Shown in pieces: positions 1 through 12,023 of a DNA stretch of 64,000 bases; position 1 is the first letter of the stretch; every line of letters begins with the position of its first letter. The position numbers and the translations under genes were made by a program. The notes beneath the pieces were generated by a model. It was not told where the DNA came from. It was given only the letters and a program-made list of their open reading frames with translations, and did not search any database. The stretch comes from Tubulanus polymorphus (taxonomy: Eukaryota; Animalia; Nemertea), in contig NC_134031.1 in assembly GCF_964204645.1 (NCBI RefSeq), forward strand, positions 12,464,088 through 12,528,087, written 5' to 3'.

Positions 1-9
1 AATAATTAA

Positions 10-1479
10 TTATTTATTTTTTATTATTTTTTCTTGATATCTTTTTGATATCATATTCACTAACCCAAAAATAATAGCACTTACAACTGTAATTAAAAAT
101 AAAATAATATGTTAAGCAGCAGAGTTAAGAATATTACCTGCAGATTTCAATATAAAACCAACAATTGATGCAATAATTCCTGGTAAAGCTGCAGCAGATT
201 TTTTAGATAGTTCCCATAAATATTTTGCTAATTTCTTTAAACCATCTTTAACTTTATCTTGTATAGAATTATTATCATTCGGGGGTTTATTCGGTTTATT
301 GGGAGTAGGTGTAGATTTCAAAGAATTTGATATTGCTAAACCAATTGTTGTAAATAACATAGTTACAGCTGTTAGAATTGAAAGAATTGTTATTCCTTCT
401 AATTTAAATAATAACTTTATTCTATCTTTTAGTGATATTTCAGAATTTGGTTTAATCAACAAATCTTTAAAAATAACTTTTAATCTATTAATATTATAAT
501 CATATGATTTTAATAATAATTTAATTTCTTCTTTCTGTACTTCTAAATTATCTTTTAAATTATTAATTTCTTTTTCCAATCGTAATTCTTTTTGCCTATA
601 TTCTATTTCATCAATTACTTGATGATCTAAATCAGACTTTAATTGTTCTATTTCTTTATTTCTATCAGTTAATTCTTTTTCTAAAAATCTAATTTTAAAA
701 TCTCTTATACTTTTATTATGTGCAATTTTATCAGCTTCATTTCTTATACTAATAATTTCTCTAATTGCTTTATCAGAAAATATATTTAAATCTTCTAGTT
801 GTTGATCTGTTGCATCAATTAATCCATTCGGTAAAAGCTTTTCAATTGGAACTTTATTTGATTTAAGTTTACTAGTTTTCGAAGTTATATTCTGTTCAGA
901 AGTTGTTTCTGTTTCTGATTTCTTTTTGATTATTTCAAATAATTCATTAATTCTTTGTTTAAATACGTCTATATCATTACCAGTAAATTCTTGTTTTATA
1001 ACATCAGTTAGTACATTACTATTACTAATTCTTTTAATTCTATCTGGATCTAAATTACTCAAAGTTGATTTTGTTAATATTTTATTTTTATTATTTTTAT
1101 AAGTGATATCAATATAATAATCACCTTTCAAATGATAATACCATTTACCATTATCTAAAAATTTTAATTGATCTGCTAAAGGTCTAACGTCTTCATCATT
1201 TATGTTAAGTTTAGAATTTTCAATTATACGTTCTAATTTAGGTATTTAATTTAAATTATCTAAATCATGTTTTACTAAACCTGGGTCTAAATTTTCAGGA
1301 TTTAATTGTGATTCTGCATTTTTAATATAATCAGGCATATTTAAATTATTATTATATTCTGGCTCATTACCGTCATTAAAACTTGTTTCACTAAAATCAT
1401 TATAATCATCATCAATATATCCTTCATTATTATTTTCCATTTCTCCTATTTCATAATCTTCTACACCTTCTAATTCCAT
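10..1479 (-). pseudogene. Coiled-coil protein with hydrophobic/amphipathic C-terminus (conserved Maverick gene upstream of MCP)
   Basis: ORFs 1246..1479 and 112..1131 are in the same frame, split by a TAA. A second TAA at 112-114 replaces the E of AAEHIILFLI seen in copy B. Homologue at 44005..45459. Confidence 0.8.
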
Positions 1480-1496
1480 TTACATAATAAAAAAAA

Positions 1497-2794
1497 TTAA
1501 AATTTAAAATATAATATTCCACCTATAACAATTCCTATACAAGTTAAAGCTAATTTAGCATTTTCATGGGATTTATTATCATCATTTAGTTTAATTATTC
1601 CATGTTGAATATTATCAGTTTTAATATTTTCTGATGTATTATAATCTTTTATTTTAGAATCATTATCCAATTTAATATTCTTAGTTTTAGTTTCTGTTGA
1701 TTGAATATGTTTTTTATTTTTTTCACCTTCCATTAATTTTGGAGCAGTAATAATCTTTTTATTTATATCATTTAATCCAAATGAATTATTTATTGTTGCA
1801 GTTTTAATTAGATTATTATAACCAATTATATTTCCCATCTTTAATACTAAATCATTAGAAATAATTAATAGATTAGGGCCTATACAATAATTTAATCTAA
1901 TATGTGATTTATCTAAATAATTTTGATATCTTACAATGTTTTCTGGAATCGATCTATTTTTATCATTATGAATTGAATCTTCAAATAATACTTTGAATTG
2001 TTTCTGCGCATCAAATGAAGTACTATCATTTCCAACTATTGGTGATCTTGTTTCAACTTGTGCACCTAAAATACAAATTAGATAAGTTCTAATTGATTGA
2101 TTTATTCTTTGTATACCAGGTTTTGTAAAACCTTCACCATTATCTATAATAAAATTATTCCAACCATCATCATTATCGATTTTATAATAAGCTGAAATTC
2201 TATGCATATAATCAATTCTTTTTATTTCATACTCTTCACCGATACCTTGCAATTTACCATGCGCTCTAAAATCGGAATTAATATTTATATTAAATTCATT
2301 ACATATTTTATCAAACTTAGATAGATTAATATTATTATCCAATTCTTTAAAATATTTAGATCCGGGTAAAGGACATTCTAATTCATTTAATATAATTCTA
2401 ATTTGAAAGTATGCATGAAATCTAAATATTGTATGAATGAATTTTAAATCTGAATAAGACAAATTGTTATATAAATTATTCAAGTGATCATTCCAACTTA
2501 TACTACACCCTGTTGTTGCACAATAAACAGCAAAATTTAATTGATTCTGCCAATATTTCATATTAGATTTTATTTTATATATATATTATATTCATCTCGA
2601 GTAAAAGTAACTTCATATGTATTAAATATATTTTCCATTTTAGAAATGAAAAACTTCGTTTCAGTAACATAAATTTCTAAATTAATTAATGAAGGTGAAA
2701 CTACATTTTCATATGTTATAATACTATTAAAATCTATAGGTGGAATTGAATATCTATATGATTTATTATATTGGAAAGCTTTTGGAAACCCCAT
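1497..2794 (-). pseudogene. Conserved ~430-aa Maverick protein (WQNQLNFAVYCATTGC motif, C-terminal TM anchor)
   Basis: The 74-aa and 354-aa ORFs are joined in copy D (...IYKVKSNMKYWQ); here a 2-nt AT slip separates them. C-terminus LALTCIGIVIGGILYFKF is hydrophobic. Confidence 0.8.
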
Positions 2795-2810
2795 TTATAT
2801 AATTAAAAAA

Positions 2811-3245
2811 TTAATAATTTATTAATTCTTTTAATAATTTATCTTGTTCTTCAACTGTTATATTGCCATTTAAACTTGTTATATAATCTAGTGTATTCTT
2901 CAATTTATTAATTTCTTTTATATTAGTTTTAATTTTTTCTTTATTACTTTTTATATTTAATTTTGAACTTTCACCGGTTAATACACTTGATGATAATCCT
3001 AATACGCCAATTGATATAGCTAAAGGTGTTAATGGACTGAATATTGCTAGAAATGTTATTACAGAACTAATTGTGACCGAACCACTAATAATAAAATAAT
3101 ATATAATTTTAGATTTTAAATATTTTTTCTTTTTAACTTTTAAATCATTTTCAAATTCTAATATTTGTTTTTCGAAATATATTTTTAATTTAGTTTTATT
3201 TATATCATGAGGAATAATATCAATATTATCAACTTTATCTTCCAT
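2811..3245 (-). CDS. Two-TM plus coiled-coil membrane protein
   Basis: 144-aa ORF with two hydrophobic segments, TAAATG start, homologues at 25391 and 47227. Confidence 0.8.
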   Translation of the reverse strand: MEDKVDNIDIIPHDINKTKLKIYFEKQILEFENDLKVKKKKYLKSKIIYYFIISGSVTISSVITFLAIFSPLTPLAISIGVLGLSSSVLTGESSKLNIKSNKEKIKTNIKEINKLKNTLDYITSLNGNITVEEQDKLLKELINY

Positions 3246-3264
3246 TTATTTAGAAAAAAAATTA

Positions 3265-3684
3265 CTAATTAGTAAATCTATATGCTACAAATATAACAAT
3301 AACAGTTCCGCCTAAAATCCATATTATTTCATATTTCTGTTCTTTACTTGGGGTATAATAATCTGATATTGTAGGTTTATGTAGATGTAATTTTTCTTTA
3401 TTGGTTACCGCGTTATATAAACTCATTGCATCATCAACTGATTGAAAATCTCTATGTGAAATCTTCTGATCATATAATTCTTTATTGATGTAATCCATAT
3501 AGTTTTGCCTCTTTTCTCTGTATTCTACTGCTGCTTTATTATATTTCTCTAATGCTATGTTATGTCTTTTTTGTTCTTCTAATGAACTATTTTTATCTAT
3601 ATGTCTAAATAAATAACTACCACCAGTAAATGCTAAAGCGTTAACAATTGCTGTTCCTATAATAGTTAGAATTAAAGAAGCCAT
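3265..3684 (-). CDS. Small membrane protein (N- and C-terminal hydrophobic segments, central coiled coil)
   Basis: 139 aa, TAAATG start, intact homologues at 24951 and 47669. Confidence 0.82.
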   Translation of the reverse strand: MASLILTIIGTAIVNALAFTGGSYLFRHIDKNSSLEEQKRHNIALEKYNKAAVEYREKRQNYMDYINKELYDQKISHRDFQSVDDAMSLYNAVTNKEKLHLHKPTISDYYTPSKEQKYEIIWILGGTVIVIFVAYRFTN

Positions 3685-3708
3685 TTATTTAGATAAAAAA
3701 TTATGTAA

Positions 3709-3930
3709 TTATATAGGAGGAATATATTTTTGTTTTTCCAAATAATCAATAGTTAAATTAGATAAAGTAACTGCTAATGTTAATTTTAAAATATCATTTA
3801 TATCAAATCTATCAACATTAACACTTCCCATTTTAAATACTTTTTTTAATACCATTGAATAACCAACAGTTCCAACTGATAGTAATGCTCCATTATATAA
3901 GCCAGTTATTATCCACTTATTATCACTCAT
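3709..3930 (-). CDS. 73-aa hydrophobic protein
   Basis: Identical protein at 24701..24922; split copy at 47693-47770 plus 54866-55008. Confidence 0.8.
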   Translation of the reverse strand: MSDNKWIITGLYNGALLSVGTVGYSMVLKKVFKMGSVNVDRFDINDILKLTLAVTLSNLTIDYLEKQKYIPPI

Positions 3931-4290
3931 TTATTTATCAAAAAAATTACTATCTTCAAAATATTTAGTTGTCTTATTTATGATTAAATCAACATTTATT
4001 TCATTACTACTTTTATGATTATCGTATATTTCAATTATTATTTTTTTAATATCATCGATGATAAAATCTTCATCTAATTCATAAAATCTTAAAGATTCTC
4101 TAATTAAATTAGTAATCTTTTCTACATTTAAAGTTTCTTTATCTATTGTTTTTTCATACTCAAATGTTGTTTCATTAGAAAATGCAATATTTTTGATATG
4201 TATAATTACATCATTAATGTTAAATTTCATTTCTTTCTCGCGTTTAAAATCAAATCCTAAACATATACTCGGTCCAACAGTTATATTCAT
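3931..4290 (-). CDS. 119-aa conserved Maverick protein of unknown function
   Basis: Homologues at 24347 and 55372; its TAA stop abuts the next ATG. Confidence 0.78.
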   Translation of the reverse strand: MNITVGPSICLGFDFKREKEMKFNINDVIIHIKNIAFSNETTFEYEKTIDKETLNVEKITNLIRESLRFYELDEDFIIDDIKKIIIEIYDNHKSSNEINVDLIINKTTKYFEDSNFFDK

Positions 4291-4306
4291 TTATATAATG
4301 AAAAAA

Positions 4307-4367
4307 TTACTCTCTACATCTTATAACTAATTCATAAATTACAGGAAAGTTATTCAAATGAATTAAG
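4307..4367 (-). pseudogene. 3' remnant of the minor capsid (penton) gene
   Basis: Encodes ...LNNFPVIYELVIRCRE*, matching the end of 55389..56144. Confidence 0.75.
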
Positions 4368-7153
4368 ATCCAGGGGCGTCAAACGTCGCCGTATTCCTTA
4401 TATTGTTTCCTCACCGACTCGTAAATATCGCATGCACTTTGGTGGTACTGGTGTCAATTTTGACAACCTGATATCCGTGGACTGCACCAGTGATACTTCT
4501 GTAGAAAGGCATAGTTTGCCGCGTCCTATTCCGGTCAAAGTTACATCACGCGTTTTCAGGGCGTCACCTTCGAATGCTCGAGGAGTTAGTCAAGATAATC
4601 TTTGTAAGATTCCCCGAGTTTCCTTATATGTAGCTAAGAACTCTCTTCAATTTGGACTTTGGAACGCGCGTTCAGTGTCAAGTAAGATTCCCACAATCTG
4701 TGATTCCATACTTGCCAACAACATAGGTGCTTTGGCTTTAACCGAAACCTGGCTTAAATCCAGAACTGAAAAATCCACAATCAGTGAATTCAAATCGTGT
4801 CTCAGCGGCTATCACTTCATTAGCAATCCTCGTATAGGAAAGACGGGCGGCGGTGTAGGAGTCATTGCACTTAAGTCACTTAATATCAAGGTGATTTCAG
4901 GCGGCAGTTTTAGCACCTTTGAACATTTGCTTGTAAAGATTCGGCACAGAAGCCAGCTCATTAATTTAGTAGTTGTTTATCGTCCACCTGCTCAGACCAC
5001 AAAGACATTTCTTGTTGAAATTTCAACGTTCCTTGAGACTTTTTTGATATCGCCGGGTCGTTTGATAATAGTAAGTGATTTCAATTTTCACGTTGACGAT
5101 ACCGTGCGACGCGATGCCCAACAGTTTCTTGATCTATTACGCAGTTTTGGGTTCGTCCAACATTTACAAGGACCGACCCATCAGAAGGGCCACACCCTAG
5201 ACTTAGTGATCACTCGTGAAACCGATAAATGTGTATCAAATTTTATCGTTGATACGTCATTGCCGTCAGATCATAGTCTTATTGTATTTAATTCGTTTTT
5301 ATCTAAACCGTTTCCGTTGACGGTCGAACGTGTGTCGAGGAACCTCCGAGCGGTGGATAAGAACGTGTTACTGGAAACAGTTCGCAACATATCTTTTGAG
5401 AATTCTGAGACCGGGACTGTTAATTCTTTGGCGAATGACTATGATGCTAAGATGAAGTCAGTTTTGGACTATCTAGCGCCAGAAAAGACTGAAACTTTCA
5501 CCGATAAGCCTCGCGCTCCATGGTATGGACCCAATCTCCAGGCTGCTAGGCGTGTTTTACGTAGCCACGAACGGAAGTGGATCTCATCTAAATTAGAGGT
5601 CGATAAACAGATTTATCATGCCAATCGGATTGAGTACCATAGTTTGTTGCAAGAAGCCTCAAGATCCTATCATCGCGGTCGGATAGCAGACTGTACCGAT
5701 CAGAGAAAGTTATTCACCCTTGTCGATGAATGGACAAGTGATAAGAAGTCTGTAATTTCCGCGCTGCCAGAGCACAGCAATCCCAAAGAACTGGCTAATC
5801 GATTTTCTGATTTTTTTGTTGTGAAAATTGGCAAACTATGTGATTCTTTTATTGATGTACCACTCCCTCGGTTTCCTTTTATAGATCTTGGTCATTCCTT
5901 CAATAGTTTTAGTACGGTTACTGAAAAGTCTCTCAACGACATTATCACTTCAATGACCAATAAGTCATGTTCAATTGATCCGATTCCCACTACTTTTCTA
6001 AAACAATGTTTACCTGAAGTTTTACCAAAGTTAGTCGATATTTTTAACTTGTCCCTCACTGAGGGCACAGTTCCTGACTCTTTCAAAATAGCAACAGTCA
6101 GGCCATTGTTGAAAAAGCCAGGTCTTAATTCAAATGTTTTATGTAACTATCGACCTGTCTCTAATCTACCTTTTATCAGTAAAGCTATAGAGCGGCATGT
6201 ATTGAATGATTTGAGTCAGTATTTATCTGATAATAACCTCTTCTCAACGTTTCGGTCTGCCTATAGGAAGTTCCATAGCACCGAAACGGCAGTTTTAAAA
6301 GTACACAATGATATTTTGTTAGCTCTTGATAATCACGATGAAGTAGTGTTCGTCTTATTAGATCTAACTGCGGCTTTTGACACCATAGATCACGGTATTC
6401 TATTGGTTGAATCGGTATGGAGTGAAAGATGTTCCTTTAGAATGGTTTAGGTCATATTTAGAAAATAGGTATCAGCGTGTTGTGATTGACAGATCGTCAT
6501 CTCAAAATGTTAAACTCATGTGTGGTGTACCTCAGGGGAGTGTACTAGGCCCTACACTTCTCAGTTTATATCTTGCACCAATCGAAGAAATTATTATTAA
6601 ACATAAACTCGACTTAATGTTATATGCCGATGATACCCAGATTTATTTCGTCTGCAAGAGTTGTGCAGCTTCTAAATCAAGAGTTGAGAAGTGTGTTGAC
6701 GAAATAAAAGAATGGTTGAAGTGCAATAGACTTGTTTTTAATGATAGTAAGACAGAGGTTATACATTTTACGTCAAAATTTCGTAAGGGAGACAAGCTAT
6801 CAAGTATTAGAATAGGAGATGACAGTATAGCTACTTGTCAGTCAGTCAGAGATCTTGGCTTTTATTTCGATCATAATTTTACCATGTCTTGTCATATATC
6901 TTACGTCTGTAGATCGATTTCTTACTCCCTGCATCGCATTGGTAAAATACGCAAGTTTTTAGATCGCACTAGCACCGAAAGATTGATTCACGCTTTTCTA
7001 ACTTCCAAATTAGATTACTGTAATAGTCTTCTCTACGGTCTTCCGAATTGTTATATTTCTCGCCTACAAATGCTTCAAAATTCTGCCGCACGCTTAGTCA
7101 CTCTAACTAAGAAGCACGAGCATATCACTCCTATACTGTATGAACTACATTGC
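4368..7153 (+). mobile_element. Non-LTR retrotransposon (L2/CR1 group), truncated at both ends
   Basis: GC jump; APE endonuclease motifs (WNARS, LTETWL, GGGVG, VYRPP, DFN, SDH) and RT motifs (NYRPVSNL, DLTAAFDTIDH, GVPQGSVLGP, YADDTQ). Ends inside HITPILYELH. Confidence 0.95.
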
Positions 7154-7159
7154 AATTAA
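4432..7159 (+). pseudogene. LINE ORF2 (endonuclease-reverse transcriptase), frameshifted near 6407 and 3'-truncated
   Basis: ORFs 4432..6450 and 6407..7159 carry consecutive parts of one EN-RT protein. Confidence 0.92.
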
Positions 7160-7765
7160 TGGAAATCCACAGTAAAATGTACCATCTTCAGTTGATAAAT
7201 CATAAACATAATCTGTTGGGTTATATATTTCAAATAAATCTTTAACTTCTTCAGTTAAATCTTTTTCTGTGCAGCTTAAATTAAAGCAATTTGGTTTAGA
7301 TTTAATCAATCCAATATTCATATTGAAGCCTAATTAATTACATAATATATTTAACCCTGATATAGCAACTTTTCCTTTTTGAGCTAAAGATATTGCTGGA
7401 GAACTCGTTAATTTTTTAGCACCATCTGCTGCGTAGAATCCAATGAAGAACCATTTTCTTAAATTATTTTTTGCATTTAATACATAATCAGGAACTATCT
7501 TCTCTTTTGTTGAAGTATTACTTTTCACTATTGCATGAATATAGAATTCATCATTATATTTTATAGCAAAATCTTTAGGATTATTTACAAGTATTCTATA
7601 AACTGCTGATGATTTCATAACATCCATGATTTTAAATGTTTTATTTGGATAAACTTCTTCACAATATTTCTTTATTCTTTCTAATAATATCAAATCTTGA
7701 TTGCATAAATACCAACAATATTTATTACCCCAAACATATTTATACACACCTGCTGAACCATCACT
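7154..7765 (-). mobile_element. Intein remnant with LAGLIDADG homing endonuclease inside pPolB
   Basis: Block C tail SDGSAG, block E FFIGFYAADG and C-terminal splicing block F DYVYDLSTEDGTFYCGFPLI. One in-frame TAA after ILCN. Confidence 0.88.
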
Positions 7766-10700
7766 AAATCATAAAAACTATTATTCATTAATTTGAAATC
7801 TTTTTTCAAAATCTGTTTTTGATATGGTTCTCTGTTGAGTATTGAAATCTATATATTTTTCTAACCACTTCGATTTATTAAATTCAATATATCTATGTAC
7901 TTTCTTTAATTTCATTCCTTGTTTTAGATAAAATTTTAACATTTTATAATGAACAATATAATTGTATTTATTATTTTGAGTAAGTATTAATTTTTCTGTA
8001 AAAACATGATCTTTCGGTTTTATTTTCTTCTGGTATTCACTTAAATAACTATCATCTACAGTTAAATGTTCTGGGCAATAAGGTAAGTTTCTTGTTTTAA
8101 ACTTTATATTTTCAGGATATTCTAAATCAACTACAAAGAAATTACCAATTGGTGCTTCATCTTTTAAACTCGCAATTGCGCTTTCCCAATCAGTTTTATC
8201 ATCATTTTCAACTTCTGTTAATATAAAATTTTTATATGGTTGAGATTGCATCATTGCCCAACCATATAAATTATTGGCGTCAATATATAATAATTTATAT
8301 TCATCATTTGCTTTAAAATACCTATCTCCCATAACACCACTAATTCCACCTCTAATTGATTTTTCAAATAATAAAACCATGTCTGGTTCTTTTAATAAAT
8401 CTAATTCTACATTTGTGTATTTTAAACCACATTGCCAGGTTAAACCAGGACTTGAATAACAATAACAAGGATCAACATTAAAATTATTTAAATTAACTTC
8501 TCTAAATTTTTCAAATATGTCAGCCAATATCATAACATCTGATTTTAAATATAAATCTACTAATTCACCATGATTTTTCATCTTAAAATGGTTCCAAATA
8601 TTTAATGTTCTATTAAACACTTCATCTTTCACATACTCCTCTTTTAATTGATCATAAAATTGATCTTTTAATAATTATGTTACATTAAAATCATCATGTG
8701 TTTTATAAAATGAATAAGGAATTGCACCTTTATATCTCAATAATTTAAAATCTTGTTCATTTGGATAATAATATTGAGTTATAACAAAATCATTATCAAC
8801 TAAACTTTTTGATAAATTATCTAAGGAACTTGCTAGAAATCTATAAGAATCTAAAAATCTAATGCAACCAAATTGAAATGAAATATAATTTTCAGATGTT
8901 TTAGCTAATAGTTTAAAATCATATTTTCTTACATTTACACCATTCATAGCATTATATTCTTCTATTTCTTGATTAATTGTGCCCAATTTCCTTGATAATT
9001 GTTTTATAAATAGATGGGTATCATAGCCTGATAAATTATGAAATAATATTGGTACGAAATTAACTTTCTTAGCCTGTAAATTACAATCTTCATGAGCAGC
9101 TCCATGATATTTTGAATTTAAATGATCATGATCTCTAACTTTTTTATCAAATGAATAAAAACGTTTTTCACAATAACAACAATGAGTTGCATAATTAAAA
9201 TCAATTTCATCTTCTTTTGTCATAACTATTCTTTTATTTTTGTTTAATAATTTTGCAATATCACTTTCTAATTCAATCATTTTGTCATAAAAATCATTAA
9301 CTACATCTTCACCTCTAAAAGAAATATATTGACTTTCATATAATTCGGGATAATTTGATTTGATGTAAATTCCATAAGCAGCAGCTCTTTGATGAACTTT
9401 TTTAATTGTATTTATAATTGGCGGGTCTTGTGTTGTGTCTTCATTTATTTCATTTCCTTTATCCATTGATTTTAATAATTGCTTTTTGTTATATATTTCT
9501 TTTCTTGATCAGTTAATTCTTTTTTCAACGATTCAAAATCCCCGTAAATTACAAATGGAACAATATTCTTAATTTATGATTAGTAAATTTCAATTTATAA
9601 CCTTTTTCTGTTGGCATTATTAATTTACAAAAATCTTTATTATCACATAATTCTTCATCTTTTAGTAACGCATTCTCAGTTCTAAATTTAGATAAACATT
9701 TTCTACATAGATACATTTTATGACTGTTAAAATCACTTTCTGTTCTAAAGAATAAATCAATTTGTTTTAACCACATATAATGTTCATTTTCATCTTTTTT
9801 GTAATATAGCAAATCTATAGCATTTTCATCATCATAATATTCTGTTAAATATAAAGCTTCCAATGTATAATCTTTGATATTTTCACCTTTTGTCTTTGGT
9901 AATTGCATTAATTCGAATACATTTATTTTTAAATTATTAATTTTTTCTATTTGTGGTATCATTTTTATAGTTACTGGATATTGATCAATTTTATATAATG
10001 TTTCATATTTCCGGTAATTTGTTATTCTAAAACTATGCGTAATATCTTCTGTTGGGTGTAAGCAACTAATAATTGACCATAGAAAACATTTATTATCTTC
10101 ATTTTGAACATTTATTACTGTTTTTGTTGAAAATGGTAATTTAATATAAGATGATGCTTTAATATCCTTTTCTGTTGTAAAGTTTGAATCATTTTTAAAC
10201 ATTGTTTTACTTTTTGATGTTTTATTCCTTTTTGTATTATAAACATTTAAATCTAAAAATATAATTTCATTTAATGATAAACCAGAACCCTTAAATATCT
10301 TTCTTCAATATGACGTTTAAATTCATTAAATATTTTTTCTAACTTCTCTTTTATTTGCGTTTTTTAAATTATTTCTTCAGAGAGTGTTTGAATATAATAA
10401 TCCATTTTCTCTTCTGACTTTAAAAAACTTACTTTCCCAGAGATACTAATTTTTGGATATTCAACATCTGTTATCAAATCTAGTATTTTTTCTATTATTT
10501 CATTAAATTTACTATAATCTTCTATTGTTGTACCTTTAAAAAATCTAAATATAATAGCTGCAGGACCAATTTTACTACGTAATGTTTCTAATATTTCAAT
10601 TGTATCTTTTATTTCTAGTGAATCAATATAATTTCTAACATTTTCCATGTAAGGTTTATTTGAAAAGGATTTAGTTTTTGAAGTTGTTTTTTTTTACTTT

Positions 10701-11028
10701 TTGAGGTTTATCATCGAAATAATCTTTTCCTAAAACATTATTACTCAAATTTTGATGGTGTTTTTGTGATTCGAGATGTCTATTATAATTCCTTTTTACT
10801 ATAAATTCATTACAATCTTCACATTTTATTTCATCCACATTCATATTTTCTAATCGTTCTTTTCTTTCATTGGAATTTTCTGAAGTTTCAAAATCTATAA
10901 CATTTTTTATATGATTTGAAGATTTTTCATGACGCGATTTTTGAGATTTATCAATGTATTTTTTACAATATGGACAATAATATTGATTTTCATTAACATC
11001 AATTTGTTCTGTCTTATTCTCTCCAATT
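7154..11028 (-). pseudogene. pPolB: Protein-primed family B DNA polymerase (copy A), fragmented, intein-containing
   Basis: N-terminal zinc fingers, SSYIKLP/NEDNKCFLWS, ExoII FHNLSGYD, FLDSYRFL, ExoIII YLKSDV, motif A YIDANNLYGWAM, motif B KLMNNSFY. The 3' end is lost at the LINE junction. Confidence 0.93.
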
Positions 11029-11089
11029 TATAAGGAAAAAAAATTACTTGTGGTGATGAGTGGGGATTACTTCCCCTTGTATATAACAA

Positions 11090-11300
11090 GCACGCTATTA
11101 ACCGTTCTCACCCAAGCCTCACAGCATCTATTTATCCGGGCACAGTTGACACGCAATCACTGTACTACAGTAATAGCACACGCGTTAATAACCGTTCTCA
11201 GTAGCGACTCACTGTATCTATCTATCCACGCGCAGTTGTTGTTACGCGCACTCACTGTATATGTGTATCACAGAGCAATCGTCCGTTCTCACTAGAGCCT
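11090..11300. repeat. Subterminal ~90-bp degenerate tandem repeats (CCGTTCTCA core, three copies)
   Basis: CCGTTCTCA recurs near 11102, 11192 and 11283 with similar flanks. Confidence 0.55.
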
Positions 11301-11316
11301 AGCTGTGATGAGTGGT

Positions 11317-11364
11317 GTCTCGACCTCTCGACCTCTGGTATGAAAACGCCATTTCCTAATTACT
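11317..11364 (-). repeat. Terminal repeat of copy A
   Basis: Matches the consensus AGTAATAGG-N-TTCA-N-AGGTCGA-N-GGTCGAG found at 13366, 18956, 29183 and 58717. Confidence 0.85.
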
Positions 11365-11974
11365 ATTATTCATACGTACCTTCATGTGCATCTGACAATA
11401 TATATCAGTTAAACGTTTCACAATTAGGTCACACTGATTGTTGCTGTACAGTTGCGATGGTACCTGGTACGTCAAGTTCACTGTAAGAGATCCATTCAAA
11501 CATGAACATATTAGATCAAAATCTACATGTAGTTACAGTGGAACCTGGCTACAACAAACTTAGACACAACAATTCATCACATATAAAGAACTAGCAAATG
11601 ATCCTTCCAAAAATGGGATTTATCATGATTGAATTGAAAATTTTGCTTCTTGTGGGTATTATTTCATCTTAACATTGGCCCATTTTATTCATTTGATTGG
11701 TAGATACAACATGTTTTATTTGGAAATTCACTCGAGAAAGATATCCCTAAACTACTGTGACTTATGCTGTAAGTGCAGCAGAAGTGCTATATTTTTGGGG
11801 TTCATCATGCGTGAGCAACGTAATTGTTTCATTTACCAAGATAACCTTTAGACTATTCAAACAGAAAGTTATCAGCGCGCGAAGATACAAACATCAATAA
11901 AACCTCCACTACTGACTGGCACTGTAGTTTGGTCAAGTGATACATTCAGCAAATATGGCCCAATTCATACTTAC

Positions 11975-12023
11975 ACCTTTTCTTTTCTCCTGCTTTTTGA
12001 TCATCAAGATGTCGACATAAAAT
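11975..12023 (-). other. Possible small host exon
   Basis: tttcag|ATTTTATGT...AAAAGGT|gtaagtatg, open in phase 0 (ILCRHLDDQKAGEKKR). Splice signals only, no homology. Confidence 0.3.

Larger units (their letters stand above)
1..11364 (-). mobile_element. Maverick/Polinton-like element copy A (degenerate; left part runs off the window)
   Basis: Minus-strand terminus AGTAATTAGGAAATGGCG...AGGTCGAGAGGTCGAG at 11364, then pPolB fragments, a penton remnant and the same structural-gene order as copies B and D. Confidence 0.92.
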
